In this document: in pieces, positions 37,459 through 46,782 of the stretch
How positions within the stretch are numbered: the first letter of the stretch is position 1
Layout: each line of letters starts with the position of its first letter
Assembly: GCA_035622275.1 (NCBI GenBank)
Contig: DASPVQ010000020.1
Location: forward strand, 2,494-66,493
From: Thermoplasmata archaeon
Lineage (GTDB): Archaea > Thermoplasmatota > Thermoplasmata > Lutacidiplasmatales > UBA184
Length of the DNA: 64,000 bases
Reading direction: 5' to 3'
Position numbers and translations under genes: made by a program
Notes under the pieces: generated by a model
The model's database searches: none
What the model was told of the DNA's origin: nothing
The model's input: only the letters and a program-made list of their open reading frames with translations

Positions 37459-38895
37459 TCACTTCGGAAGCGCGAACCGATAGACGCTGACCGGGTTGCT
37501 CACGTTCTTCAGCCGCGTCTGGGCCAGCTCGTCCATCTTGACCGGGACCTTGTTCCACACCTGGTCGTAGACCTGCTGCGTCGCGCAGATCCCGCCGGGC
37601 TCGGCCATCGGCTCGATCCGCGAGGCGATGTTCACCGCGTCCCCGAGGATATCGCCGCCGACCGAGACCAGGTCCCCCACGTGCAGACCGATCCGCAGCT
37701 GGATCGGATCTCGACGACGCCCTTCGTTCCGCTTGCGCAATCGGCGCTGGATCTCGATCGCGCACTTCGCGGCATCGAGCGCGCTCGAGAACTCGAGGAG
37801 GAAGGCGTCCCCCATGGTCTTGATCTCGCGCCCCTTGTGGCGGGGGTACGCCGCGCGCACCAGGAGTCGATGCTCCTCCAGGAGCTTGAGCGCGCGCGCC
37901 TCGTCCTTTTGCGCCAGCGTCGTGAAGCCGACCATGTCGGTGAACATGATGGCGGCGAGACGGCGCTCCGTGATCGGTCGGTCGTGAGCTTCGGTCGTGA
38001 CGAGCACGTCCTGGACCCGTCCCGAGGGCCGGCGAACACTCAGGCGGACCTTCGGCTCGGCTTCGGGGCCGGAGAGCGCCTTGCCGAGCCGCTCGCTCCA
38101 GTCGCTGACGTTCTCGGACATGTTCGTCCCGTTGCCGACCCGAAGCCCGTCGAGCGCGACCACCGAATCCCCTCGGTCCAAGCCCGCCCGTAGCGCCATG
38201 CTGGCCGGGCGGGCCGGACTCAGCATCCCGATACCGGCGGTGGGCGGCACCTTGGGGTCCATCGCGGCCCGCCAGAGATCCATCAGCATCGCGGTGCCGT
38301 GGGTCCCGCACATGCAGATGCCGAGCCCACACGAGGGACACACGCACCGACATTCGAGTCCCTCCCGGCTCAGCTCCCACACGGTCACGTCCGACACCAG
38401 CGTGTGCAGGATCTCGACGCTCTGAGCGTAGTCCTTCAGGCACTCTTCGGCGATGTCGGCGGAGTTGCCCTCGTCCATGCCGCCCCAGTAGCTGTCGCAC
38501 TGGCGGTGCGCGACGACGTGGAGGACCGAGTAGCCGAACGTGGCCTCGGCGATGAGCGAATACAGCACCTGGAGCGCTACCGTCGGGGCCAGCTTGTCGC
38601 TCAGGGCCACCGGGACCACCGGCGGAGAACCCACGCGGACGGTCGTCCTCGGATCGGGACCCCCGATGCCCAGCATCCGGACCCTCCAGCCTTCGAGGTG
38701 GTCTGCGGCCATGGTCTTGAGACGGCCGAGCAGCGCCGTGGCCCCCGCGTGCTCCTTCAGGGACTTCGAGATCGGTCCGAGCGCTTCGAGGATCTGTCCC
38801 TCGACCGCGACCATGTGCGAGATGTAGTCGATCTCTCGCGCCCGATGCGGCCCGGAGTACAGTCCGGGCCCATGCGGCCGGTCGGTCCGCGACAT
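37459..38895 (-). CDS. Fusion protein: ferritin-like helical bundle + Cys-rich motif + PDZ + class III adenylate cyclase
   Basis: DYISHMVAVE..I/DHL/EATFGY..L/EECL.D; CRCVCPSCGLGICMC; SMALRAGLDRGDSVVALDG (PDZ); RRLAAIMFTD, KTMGD, DILGDAVNIASR, LKN. Start could be 38895 or 38814. Confidence 0.8.
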   Translation of the reverse strand: MSRTDRPHGPGLYSGPHRAREIDYISHMVAVEGQILEALGPISKSLKEHAGATALLGRLKTMAADHLEGWRVRMLGIGGPDPRTTVRVGSPPVVPVALSDKLAPTVALQVLYSLIAEATFGYSVLHVVAHRQCDSYWGGMDEGNSADIAEECLKDYAQSVEILHTLVSDVTVWELSREGLECRCVCPSCGLGICMCGTHGTAMLMDLWRAAMDPKVPPTAGIGMLSPARPASMALRAGLDRGDSVVALDGLRVGNGTNMSENVSDWSERLGKALSGPEAEPKVRLSVRRPSGRVQDVLVTTEAHDRPITERRLAAIMFTDMVGFTTLAQKDEARALKLLEEHRLLVRAAYPRHKGREIKTMGDAFLLEFSSALDAAKCAIEIQRRLRKRNEGRRRDPIQLRIGLHVGDLVSVGGDILGDAVNIASRIEPMAEPGGICATQQVYDQVWNKVPVKMDELAQTRLKNVSNPVSVYRFALPK

Positions 38896-39008
38896 ACCAG
38901 AGCCTTGGACGGACGCGGAACGGCCCTCGCGGGGATGAATCTTTCTGCCGCAGGTAGGTCGACGGGGCCCGGCCGGCAGGACGATGCGCCGACGGCCATC
39001 GCCGGCCG

Positions 39009-39785
39009 CTAGCGCGAACCCGCGAACTCCTTCACGACGCGCAGCAGGCTCTCGGGAGCCTCCAGCTGGGGCAGATGGCCGGCCTCCTCGATGATCTCGA
39101 GTCGGGCATTCGGGATCGACGACGCGAAGGCTTCTCCGTGCTGCCGTGGGATCATTCGGTCCGCGGCGCCCCACACCACCAGTGTCGGGAGGTGGATGGC
39201 GGGAAGGCGGCCGAGCAGCGTCGGATCGGCCATGGACGGCCCGCCGTAGAGCTTCAGGGCGGCCCGATTGCCGGCGACCGCCGCCCGCTGCGGATCCGAC
39301 ATCTTGCTGGGATCGATCCGGAATCTCTGCGGATCCCGATAGCTCATCTGACCGATCTGATCGAGCGAGAGGGAGAACACGTCCGGGGCGGGATGCGCGT
39401 CGATCGTGAGTCCGCCGGCATCCACAAGAACGAGACGCCCAAGTCGCGAGCCGCCGCGGAGCGCGAGTTCTGCCGCGATCCACCCGCCGATCGAGTTTCC
39501 AACCAGGACGACATCGCGGAGTTCGAGCTGATCCATCCAGGCGAGGTACAGCTCGGCGAGCCCCGCCACGCTACGGAGGTGCTCCGGACGCGGTGTTCCG
39601 TTGAATCCGGGGTGCACCGGCACGATCGCCCGAGCGCCGCCGCTCCCTCCCAGCATCTCGGCGAAACGGTGGGTAGAGGCGGGCCCGGCACCCCCATGCA
39701 GGATCACGAACGGGCGGCCCGAACCCCACTCACTCGCCGTCACGACGACGTCTCCGTTCGGCGTCGGCACGTTCACCGGCTCCAT
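39009..39785 (-). CDS. Alpha/beta fold hydrolase
   Basis: LHGG.G, GNSIGG nucleophile elbow, WG..D, AGHLP..E. Confidence 0.92.
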   Translation of the reverse strand: MEPVNVPTPNGDVVVTASEWGSGRPFVILHGGAGPASTHRFAEMLGGSGGARAIVPVHPGFNGTPRPEHLRSVAGLAELYLAWMDQLELRDVVLVGNSIGGWIAAELALRGGSRLGRLVLVDAGGLTIDAHPAPDVFSLSLDQIGQMSYRDPQRFRIDPSKMSDPQRAAVAGNRAALKLYGGPSMADPTLLGRLPAIHLPTLVVWGAADRMIPRQHGEAFASSIPNARLEIIEEAGHLPQLEAPESLLRVVKEFAGSR

Positions 39786-40100
39786 AGCCGGCGACCCATC
39801 GCTCTCGGGGAGTTAATCCCGTAGTAGCGGAACGTCACCGATCTCGACCGGCACCAGCTACTGGCCTCGCTCGCGACACGGGACGCGGCCGCGGGGTGCG
39901 GCCGGTGCGATGGAGATCGCCATCGCGCGGAGTCTTACGCCGCCGCGAAGACGAATTCCGCCTCCGACACCGCTGGGTCCGACGGCCGCTGCGCGCGATG
40001 CCCGCGTGTCTCTCGCTCGGAGGCACGGGGCGCCCGTCTCGTACCGCCCGGCCCGTCGACGTCTAAAGGGCCCGAGGGCTCCGGTCGGCCGAGGCGAGAA

Positions 40101-40511
40101 ATGTCCGATGTGATCCAGGGTATGGAGGCGGTGTCCGTGCACATTACCGACATCCAGCGTGCACGGAAGTTTTACTCGGAGGTCCTGGGGCTCCGCGAGG
40201 TCTCCTTCCTTCCGTCCGCCTCCCGGGCCGCCTACGAGATCCCAGGGACCACGACCCTGCTGACGATGCACACCATGGGGGAAGGCGAAGGGGGCCGGGA
40301 GCCAGGCACCGTGTCGGGCATCGTGTTCTCGCATCGGGATCCGCGGGCGGCGTGCGCCGAGATCCGGAGTCGTGGGGGGTCGATCGTCGACGAGCCGCAT
40401 ACGTTCCCGGCCGCGATCGGAACCGTGACCTTGGGAGTCTTCGCGGATCCGGACGGGAACCAGTTCGTGATCCGGCACGTCGAGGCCGCTCCGAAACCGG
40501 TCCAGGGGTAG
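40101..40511 (+). CDS. VOC/glyoxalase family protein
   Basis: TDIQRARKFY.EVLGL...FADPDGNQF. Confidence 0.9.
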   Translation: MSDVIQGMEAVSVHITDIQRARKFYSEVLGLREVSFLPSASRAAYEIPGTTTLLTMHTMGEGEGGREPGTVSGIVFSHRDPRAACAEIRSRGGSIVDEPHTFPAAIGTVTLGVFADPDGNQFVIRHVEAAPKPVQG

Positions 40512-40517
40512 CGCGCG

Positions 40518-41141
40518 TCAGGGGGCGGAGACCCCCACGTTGCGCAGCAACCGCGCGTTGTCGGCCTTGCTCGCCCACGGGGCGCGGAGGTATCGGCGGA
40601 GGTAGGAATCGGGCACTCCGAGACGGCGAGCCTCGGCGACCGAGAAGGAGTAGGCTTCGATCTCGGTCGGCCGGTCGACGTACGCGATGCGGGCCCGGGG
40701 CCAGATCGCTCGGCCCTGCCTCCGTTGCAGGATGTGGAGAAACTCGTGGATGATGTCGAGGTACACATCCATCCTCGGGCTGTTCCGGAGGTGCGACTGC
40801 CCGATCACGATCACGTCGTCGGTCGTCTCGACCATCCGGAATCCGGCCGCCCGGATCTCCGCGGGAGTCCGGGGGGGTGCGACGTACATGTAGCCGGGCC
40901 CCGGCATCACCTCGGCCCACGTCTCGCGCGCGGCTTGGAGGATCCGGGCGTCGTCCCCCGGGTACTTGTGGAAGGGAACGGTGCGTTCGAGGCCCTCGAA
41001 GACATCCAGGAGGGGGTGCCGGCCGGCGGTCGCGTCGGCCTGCGGGAGGAACTCGTCCGGGACGGGGTATCGCTCCTTGAACTGACCGGGCCGAATCTCG
41101 GGGATCCGTATCCGTCGAGCAGGAAGTTCGGACTCGGGCAT
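40518..41141 (-). CDS. Hypothetical zincin-like metallopeptidase (HEXXH)
   Basis: LDIIHEFLHILQ plus downstream YVDRPTEIEAY (possible third ligand). Confidence 0.65.
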   Translation of the reverse strand: MPESELPARRIRIPEIRPGQFKERYPVPDEFLPQADATAGRHPLLDVFEGLERTVPFHKYPGDDARILQAARETWAEVMPGPGYMYVAPPRTPAEIRAAGFRMVETTDDVIVIGQSHLRNSPRMDVYLDIIHEFLHILQRRQGRAIWPRARIAYVDRPTEIEAYSFSVAEARRLGVPDSYLRRYLRAPWASKADNARLLRNVGVSAP

Positions 41142-41303
41142 CCAGGCTCCACGCAGCGTGGCCGCAGGAGGCCGGATGCGAGCTGCAGTATTCGAGGGTT
41201 GCCTCTTGCCAGCCCACGCGGCGACCGCTCTCTCGGTCCTCGGTCGTTACGACCTGCGCCTCCGGGCCCCGAGCCAGCGGCTGGGCCCGCCAAGCTCCGG
41301 CGA

Positions 41304-41783
41304 CTAGCTCGACGCGCGTGCGAGGCGCTTCCAGTTTCGGAACACGTATCGGTGGACCTGCTTTACTCCCAGGAACAGCTCCGCTCGTCGCAGAGAGCTC
41401 AACTCGCGTTTCGGCACGAGTTCGGTCGTCCGGGTCACCGCGGCGCCCCCGTTCTCCGTCGCCAATTCGAAGGTATCGCGCAGATCGGAGACCTCGGTGA
41501 TCAGTGCCAGGTCGCTGCTCACCATGCGGAACGACAACCTCCGCTCGGGCACCCACTCCAGGATGCGCTGGCGGACCACGCCGCGATCCGAGACGCACTC
41601 GCGCTCGCGCCCGACGCCTCCCGGTCCGGCCGGGAGTCGGCATTCGATCGGCCGCGGCACGCCCAGCCGGAAGAGAAAGCTCGTGGAACCGTCCATCCGC
41701 GAGCTGCACAGCAGCGGCCACACCTCGCTCGGTGGCACGGGAAAGCGACTTCGAGTTCGAACGACGAGCGCCTTGGCCGCCAT
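41304..41783 (-). CDS. SRPBCC/polyketide cyclase-like protein
   Basis: P..VWP.L, GVG..REC.SD.G...QRI.EW.P.RRLSF. Confidence 0.75.
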   Translation of the reverse strand: MAAKALVVRTRSRFPVPPSEVWPLLCSSRMDGSTSFLFRLGVPRPIECRLPAGPGGVGRERECVSDRGVVRQRILEWVPERRLSFRMVSSDLALITEVSDLRDTFELATENGGAAVTRTTELVPKRELSSLRRAELFLGVKQVHRYVFRNWKRLARASS

Positions 41784-41929
41784 GTACCTCCGACCATGTC
41801 CGGGAGTTGTGATAACGCTGGCCGCGGTCCGCCACGATCCGCGCGCGACGCTCGAGGCCACGGCAGTTGCCATCGAGGCGCAACCGGTCGTGGGCCGCTC
41901 GAAACGAACGCGGGTGCCAGGCCGCCCGA

Positions 41930-42255
41930 CCAGGACGGCAGGAGCATCATGAGCACGCCCCCCTACGAGCCCGAGGATCGCCCGACATAGAAGCCTCCCC
42001 TGACCCAGACGCTGGCCGCGCCGACCACGACAGAAACGGTCCCGCTGGTCCCTCGGATCTCCGGGACCACTCGGTAGACGCTCGCGAAAACGATCGGCAC
42101 GGCGCCGGCGAGGAGGGAGATTGTAGCGACGACCTCGGCGGGAGCGAAGTCGAAGAGAAACTCAACCGCGAGCCAGGAGAGCACGATTCCCTCGATGACC
42201 AACAGGGTTCCCAAGCGTGGTCAGCACGATGGGCTCGCTTCGGCCGCGGCTCCAC
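41930..42255 (-). pseudogene. Frameshifted DUF6114-like membrane protein gene
   Basis: Repairing single-base indels in G/C runs (about 42232, 42211, 41982, 41960) gives VEPRPKRAIVLTTLGGTLLVIEG...GGFYVGAILGLVGGVLMM; in-frame TAG at 41963-41965. The 3' end is approximate. Confidence 0.55.
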
Positions 42256-42456
42256 TCGGCCGTGGCCGTCGCGAGGGTGGGAGCTCGCGACCGGTCGAAG
42301 TATCGATTCCCCGTCGGCCGGCGACGCCCGCGCGAAGACTACGCCAAGCCCCCGCTCCGGCCAACCCGTGGCGATCACCCGGGAGGAAATCCCCCAGCGC
42401 GTTTCCGACGGGGGTGTTCTGCCGAGGGACGGGCGGCGAATTCCAGGAGTTTCGTT

Positions 42457-42942
42457 TCAGCGAACGCCGCGATTGGCCGACCGACTCATCGCTCGACGCT
42501 GGGTCGTGATGATCACGACGCTGACCACCCAAAGCCCGGCCGCGAGCAGCCCGATGTCGTCGATCTGCAGGGTGAACAGGATGAGCGCCGGCTCCAGGAA
42601 CAGCAGGACGATACCGCCGGCGAAACAGGCATCCGCGCGAGACAGCAGGGGCGCGGAGCCGGGCTGCTTGCGCTCCAGCGCTTCGATGAGGAAGTAGTAG
42701 TAGCTGCCGGCGATCCCCAGCAGGAAAATGCTGATCACTACGACGGCAAGGGTGACTCGAAAGAGCAGGGCATCCGGACCCCCCGAGGAGAAGCGCCCGT
42801 AGAGAAAGATGAGCAGGAAGGTCAGGATCGCGACCCCCGTCCCCCCCAGGCTGATCGTCGCTTGGCGATTCTCGTTCGCGTACTCGAATCGAAGGGTCGC
42901 GGGCGCCGCTGCGGTGGCCAGTACGTCGGGGGGAGGTTCCAT
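42457..42942 (-). CDS. Hypothetical 4-TM membrane protein
   Basis: Four clear hydrophobic segments. Confidence 0.75.
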   Translation of the reverse strand: MEPPPDVLATAAAPATLRFEYANENRQATISLGGTGVAILTFLLIFLYGRFSSGGPDALLFRVTLAVVVISIFLLGIAGSYYYFLIEALERKQPGSAPLLSRADACFAGGIVLLFLEPALILFTLQIDDIGLLAAGLWVVSVVIITTQRRAMSRSANRGVR

Positions 42943-43303
42943 CGGCTCGGTGGGGAGGACTCGGGACGGTGCTCTTCAACGTGCCGTTCGCGCTCGCAAG
43001 CGTCCGCCCCGAGCCGCGCCACCCCGCGCGCCCTGATGGCGCGACGGTCCGCAGCGGCTCCTCGGCCCGGTCCGGAACCTCGCTAGCCCGCGTCGGTTCG
43101 GCCGACTCACGCGCCGGCGCCTGCGTGGATCGGCCTGCCGTTCGTCGCGACCGACGGCGCGATTTGGCTGGTTCGCTGCCCGTGCGATAGAGCGGGTCCT
43201 AGAACCGACGAGGTCGCGGAGCCGCCGTCGCCGAACGTCGCGCCGTGCAGCGTAAAGCTGTTTCTCCGGCACGTTAACTACCGGGTCGCTCTCGCAACCC
43301 ACG

Positions 43304-45898
43304 ATGGGTGCGCTCCGTTGGCCGCTCCTGGTGCTGGTAGCCGCGATTGCTGCGATCATGGTCGTGCCCTCTCCGGCGGGCCTCGCCTCGCCGGCTGCCC
43401 CCCGAGGGGCTACGCTCGCCGCGTTACCGAGCTCTTCGGCCGCCGGGCCAGTCGCGGCGGAGCCGGCGCATCCGGCGGCGCCGGCGCCCGCCACGGCCCA
43501 AGTCCGAGCGCAAGATATCGAAGCGCGCATGACATCGTCCCTGGCCCGCGACGGCATCCCGGCAGCTGAACAGCTCCTCCCGAACCTCATGTCTCAGACG
43601 AGCGTGAAGGACGGGCAGATCGTACCGGCGCCCGCGACAGTGCCTTCGCCGATGGGAGTCGCGGATTACGGCATCCAGGAGGTGGGCGGCGTGAACGTTC
43701 CGACGCTGAACTTCTATCAGAGCATCGCGGGGCGATTCACGATGAACGAGATCGGCCTGAACTACCCCAACAGTGCCGGCCCGGATGAGTTCTCCCTGCA
43801 ACTCAACACGGTGGCCTCCAACGTCACGCTCTTCGGCAATTCGAGCTACCAGTTCTGGACGCAGAACGTCGTCTACTACTTCCAGAGTACGCACAGCCTG
43901 CATCTCTTGGACGCGATCGTCAACTTCACCAACAGCGACTTCAACTTCTCACCGAACACAATCATCGAGGGAAACGGGTTCTACTATCCCGGGTTCGGCT
44001 ACTTCTATCCGTACGGACCCGATCTGACGGTGCCCGAGCCATTCACGATCAACTTCTACAACAACCTGACCGTACAGGACGGCGACTCGGCGATCTACTT
44101 CAACTACTCCGTCAGCTCGCCGGACGGAATCCAGTCGGGGTCCTTCGACCTGGTGGTGTTCAACTCTCAGCCGCTCAGCGGGCCGGCGATCACCTCGGTG
44201 TCGCCGTTGTTCGAGATCAACGGCTATCAGCTCACCGGGACCGGCTTCATCCCCTACGACGCCGAGATGATTCTCGGAGGGGACGGGGGCGGCTCGACGG
44301 CGTCGATCTTCGACATCAACGCCGAGGTCCAACTGTTCCTCGAGGCGGCCGGCGCGAGCAGTTACAGCCCGATCCCAGCGGGATACTCGTTTGGCAGCGA
44401 GACCGGAGAGACCGTGTCCGGAGTTGCCGAATGGGCGTCCGGCGGCCCGGACCCCGTGGTCCATCTCGGGCCGGGTCCCGCGAACCTCGGTCCGCTGTTC
44501 GGGGTCCTCGGTGCTCCACCGACCGGCTATGTCACGCAGACGCTCAACGTCCAGCCGACGAACGCGTTCATCTTCGGCTCGCTCGGCAGCACCTTCAACG
44601 CGAACACGGCCGCGTGGGGTCCGGTGCCGACGTCCGGACGGGCGACCTATCTGCTGCCCCCGGGGACCTACAGCTACGACGTGATGCTGAGCGATCACGA
44701 TCCGGTGCTCGTGACCATCTCGGGGTCCGGATCGGCGGTGATCCGCCTGCGGACGGACTGGTCGCAAGGGGTCTACACGCCGCTCTGGGCCTTCGATAAC
44801 GCGCAGCTGGCGGCAATCTCGCTCCCCGGAGGCTCCGGCTCGCAGCGGAACCCCTACCTCCTCGACAACAACGGCGTCGCGCAGCTCGACCCGCTGTTCA
44901 GCACCTTCAACGACTACATCTTCTGGCAGTTCCCCGGCGTCTTCCTCTCGGGCACCACGGCCTACGTCGCGCTGTACCAGGCGCCGTCGTTCACCGCGCC
45001 GCTCTCGCTGTCGTGGGAGGTCGCCTACAGCTACAGCGCTTACCTCCCGCCGACGACTCAGCTGACGATCTACCTGTACGCCACCGACCACGCGTCCGTG
45101 GTCGACTGCTCGGACATCGGCGGTTGGTGGTTCGTCTCGGACGTCGGCGAGTCGGAGGCGAACCTGGTGCTCTGGAACGCTACCGACACGCTGGTCGCGG
45201 GGAACACGTTCCAGGACTCGAGCATCTCCATGTTCACCTTTGGCGGCGCCGGCAACGTGCTGTGGGGCAACGTCTTCGAGACCTACCTCGATCCGGCCGC
45301 GCCGTACCCGGGGTTCATCCTCAACTACGGCATCCCCCAGGCCCTCCAGGAGTGGGAATCGGGGGACCTGATCTACAACAACGCGTTCGACACTCCCCAG
45401 ACCGCGGTGAGCCCGCCCTACAGCATCTACTCCTTCTACGGTGTCCCTGAGACCTGGACGGACAGCTGGGACGTCATCCCCCAGCCCGCGTTCCTGCTGT
45501 CGTACGTCAACGGCTGGCGGCTCACCGGGAGCATCCTCGGCCTCCCGTACGTGGCCGGCAACTTCTGGTCGAACTACGGCTCGGGCGCGGACCCGTACGG
45601 CGAGCTCCCCTACAACGACAGCGGGGCGATCGCCTACGGCGGGGATTACTTCCCCGTCGTCCCCTACCCGCTCTACGACATCGTGTTCATCGAACACGGG
45701 CTCCCCCATGGGACCGAGTGGTCGGTGACCATGAACGGCTTTACGCAGTCGACGACCGGGCGCACGCTCGTCTTCGAGGATCCGACGGGATCGTATCCGT
45801 TCGCGGTCGCCACGACCTCGAGCTACACGCCGACCCCGGCCTCGGGGGTGGTCGTCCTGACGAGCCACAGCGTCGTCGTGGTCGTGTACTGGAGCTGA
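43304..45898 (+). CDS. Thermopsin family acid protease (peptidase A5) with beta-helix-like region and C-terminal repeat
   Basis: Signal peptide; PMGVADYG, FSLQLN.V, FWTQNV, DAEMILGG.GGG, YSFGSETGET; C-terminal F.E.GLP.GT.WSV repeat; GTTAAC about 26 nt upstream. Confidence 0.9.
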   Translation: MGALRWPLLVLVAAIAAIMVVPSPAGLASPAAPRGATLAALPSSSAAGPVAAEPAHPAAPAPATAQVRAQDIEARMTSSLARDGIPAAEQLLPNLMSQTSVKDGQIVPAPATVPSPMGVADYGIQEVGGVNVPTLNFYQSIAGRFTMNEIGLNYPNSAGPDEFSLQLNTVASNVTLFGNSSYQFWTQNVVYYFQSTHSLHLLDAIVNFTNSDFNFSPNTIIEGNGFYYPGFGYFYPYGPDLTVPEPFTINFYNNLTVQDGDSAIYFNYSVSSPDGIQSGSFDLVVFNSQPLSGPAITSVSPLFEINGYQLTGTGFIPYDAEMILGGDGGGSTASIFDINAEVQLFLEAAGASSYSPIPAGYSFGSETGETVSGVAEWASGGPDPVVHLGPGPANLGPLFGVLGAPPTGYVTQTLNVQPTNAFIFGSLGSTFNANTAAWGPVPTSGRATYLLPPGTYSYDVMLSDHDPVLVTISGSGSAVIRLRTDWSQGVYTPLWAFDNAQLAAISLPGGSGSQRNPYLLDNNGVAQLDPLFSTFNDYIFWQFPGVFLSGTTAYVALYQAPSFTAPLSLSWEVAYSYSAYLPPTTQLTIYLYATDHASVVDCSDIGGWWFVSDVGESEANLVLWNATDTLVAGNTFQDSSISMFTFGGAGNVLWGNVFETYLDPAAPYPGFILNYGIPQALQEWESGDLIYNNAFDTPQTAVSPPYSIYSFYGVPETWTDSWDVIPQPAFLLSYVNGWRLTGSILGLPYVAGNFWSNYGSGADPYGELPYNDSGAIAYGGDYFPVVPYPLYDIVFIEHGLPHGTEWSVTMNGFTQSTTGRTLVFEDPTGSYPFAVATTSSYTPTPASGVVVLTSHSVVVVVYWS

Positions 45899-45956
45899 CG
45901 GACGGCCAGCGCCGAGGGTCGGCCCCGGGGTCGACGGGTGAGGGCGGGGGGACGCG

Positions 45957-46538
45957 GTGCGCCGAGTGGTCCTTCAACTGCATACGACCCTCGACGGCCT
46001 CGCGGACAGCCGCCAGGGGTTCGTTCCCATCCAGGACCGAACGTACTGGAAGGCGCTGGATCGGGCCCTCGCGCAGACCGCTGCCTCGAGCGTCGACGCC
46101 CTGTTGATGGGCCGGGGAACTTACCGGCAGTTCGCCGCGTTCTGGCCCCAGGTGGCCACGGACCCGAACGCGCCCAAGGACTGGAAGGAACAGGCACGCC
46201 GTCTTCACGAGATCCCGAAGATCGTGTTTTCGAGGTCGCTGGCGAAGGCGGACTGGAACCGCTCGAGGATCGTGCGCGGCGACGTGGGGCGAGAGATCGC
46301 GCGGCTCCAACGGCAACCGGGCCAGAACCTGCTCGTTCCTGGTGGCGTGGAGTTCCCGAGGTCCCTCATCGAGCGGGATCTCATCGACGAGTACCTTCTC
46401 TCGGTGGTACCGGTTATCGTCGGCGAGGGTCGGAACCGACTGTTCGGCCGCCTCGCCGGTCCGCGCAACCTCGAGCACGTACGAACCTGGACGTTCGATA
46501 ACGGCGTGGTCCTGCACCAGTACCGACGGGCTCGCTGA
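45957..46538 (+). CDS. Dihydrofolate reductase-like / RibD C-terminal domain protein
   Basis: TTLDG, LMGRGTY, PKIVFSRSL...DW, GG......LI..DLIDEY.L.V.PV..G.G..LF. Confidence 0.9.
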   Translation: MRRVVLQLHTTLDGLADSRQGFVPIQDRTYWKALDRALAQTAASSVDALLMGRGTYRQFAAFWPQVATDPNAPKDWKEQARRLHEIPKIVFSRSLAKADWNRSRIVRGDVGREIARLQRQPGQNLLVPGGVEFPRSLIERDLIDEYLLSVVPVIVGEGRNRLFGRLAGPRNLEHVRTWTFDNGVVLHQYRRAR

Positions 46539-46782
46539 GTGCGGCCCGCGGGTCCCGGCGGGCGGACAGGGCACGGAGACGCGTTCTCGTCGCGCGCGGC
46601 GGCGACTCCTATCGGAGTGGGGCCCCGCCGGTGAGGCCGAGGATCCGTCGCGGGAACGAGATCGGCCAGTATCGTCGGCAACGCGTCGAGCTTTCGCGCG
46701 CCCCCCTTCCGACGGGCGCCAGGGAACGCCCGGCGAGCTCCGTGTCACCGGTCAGGGGAGTTGCGGTCGGAGGATCCGACCG

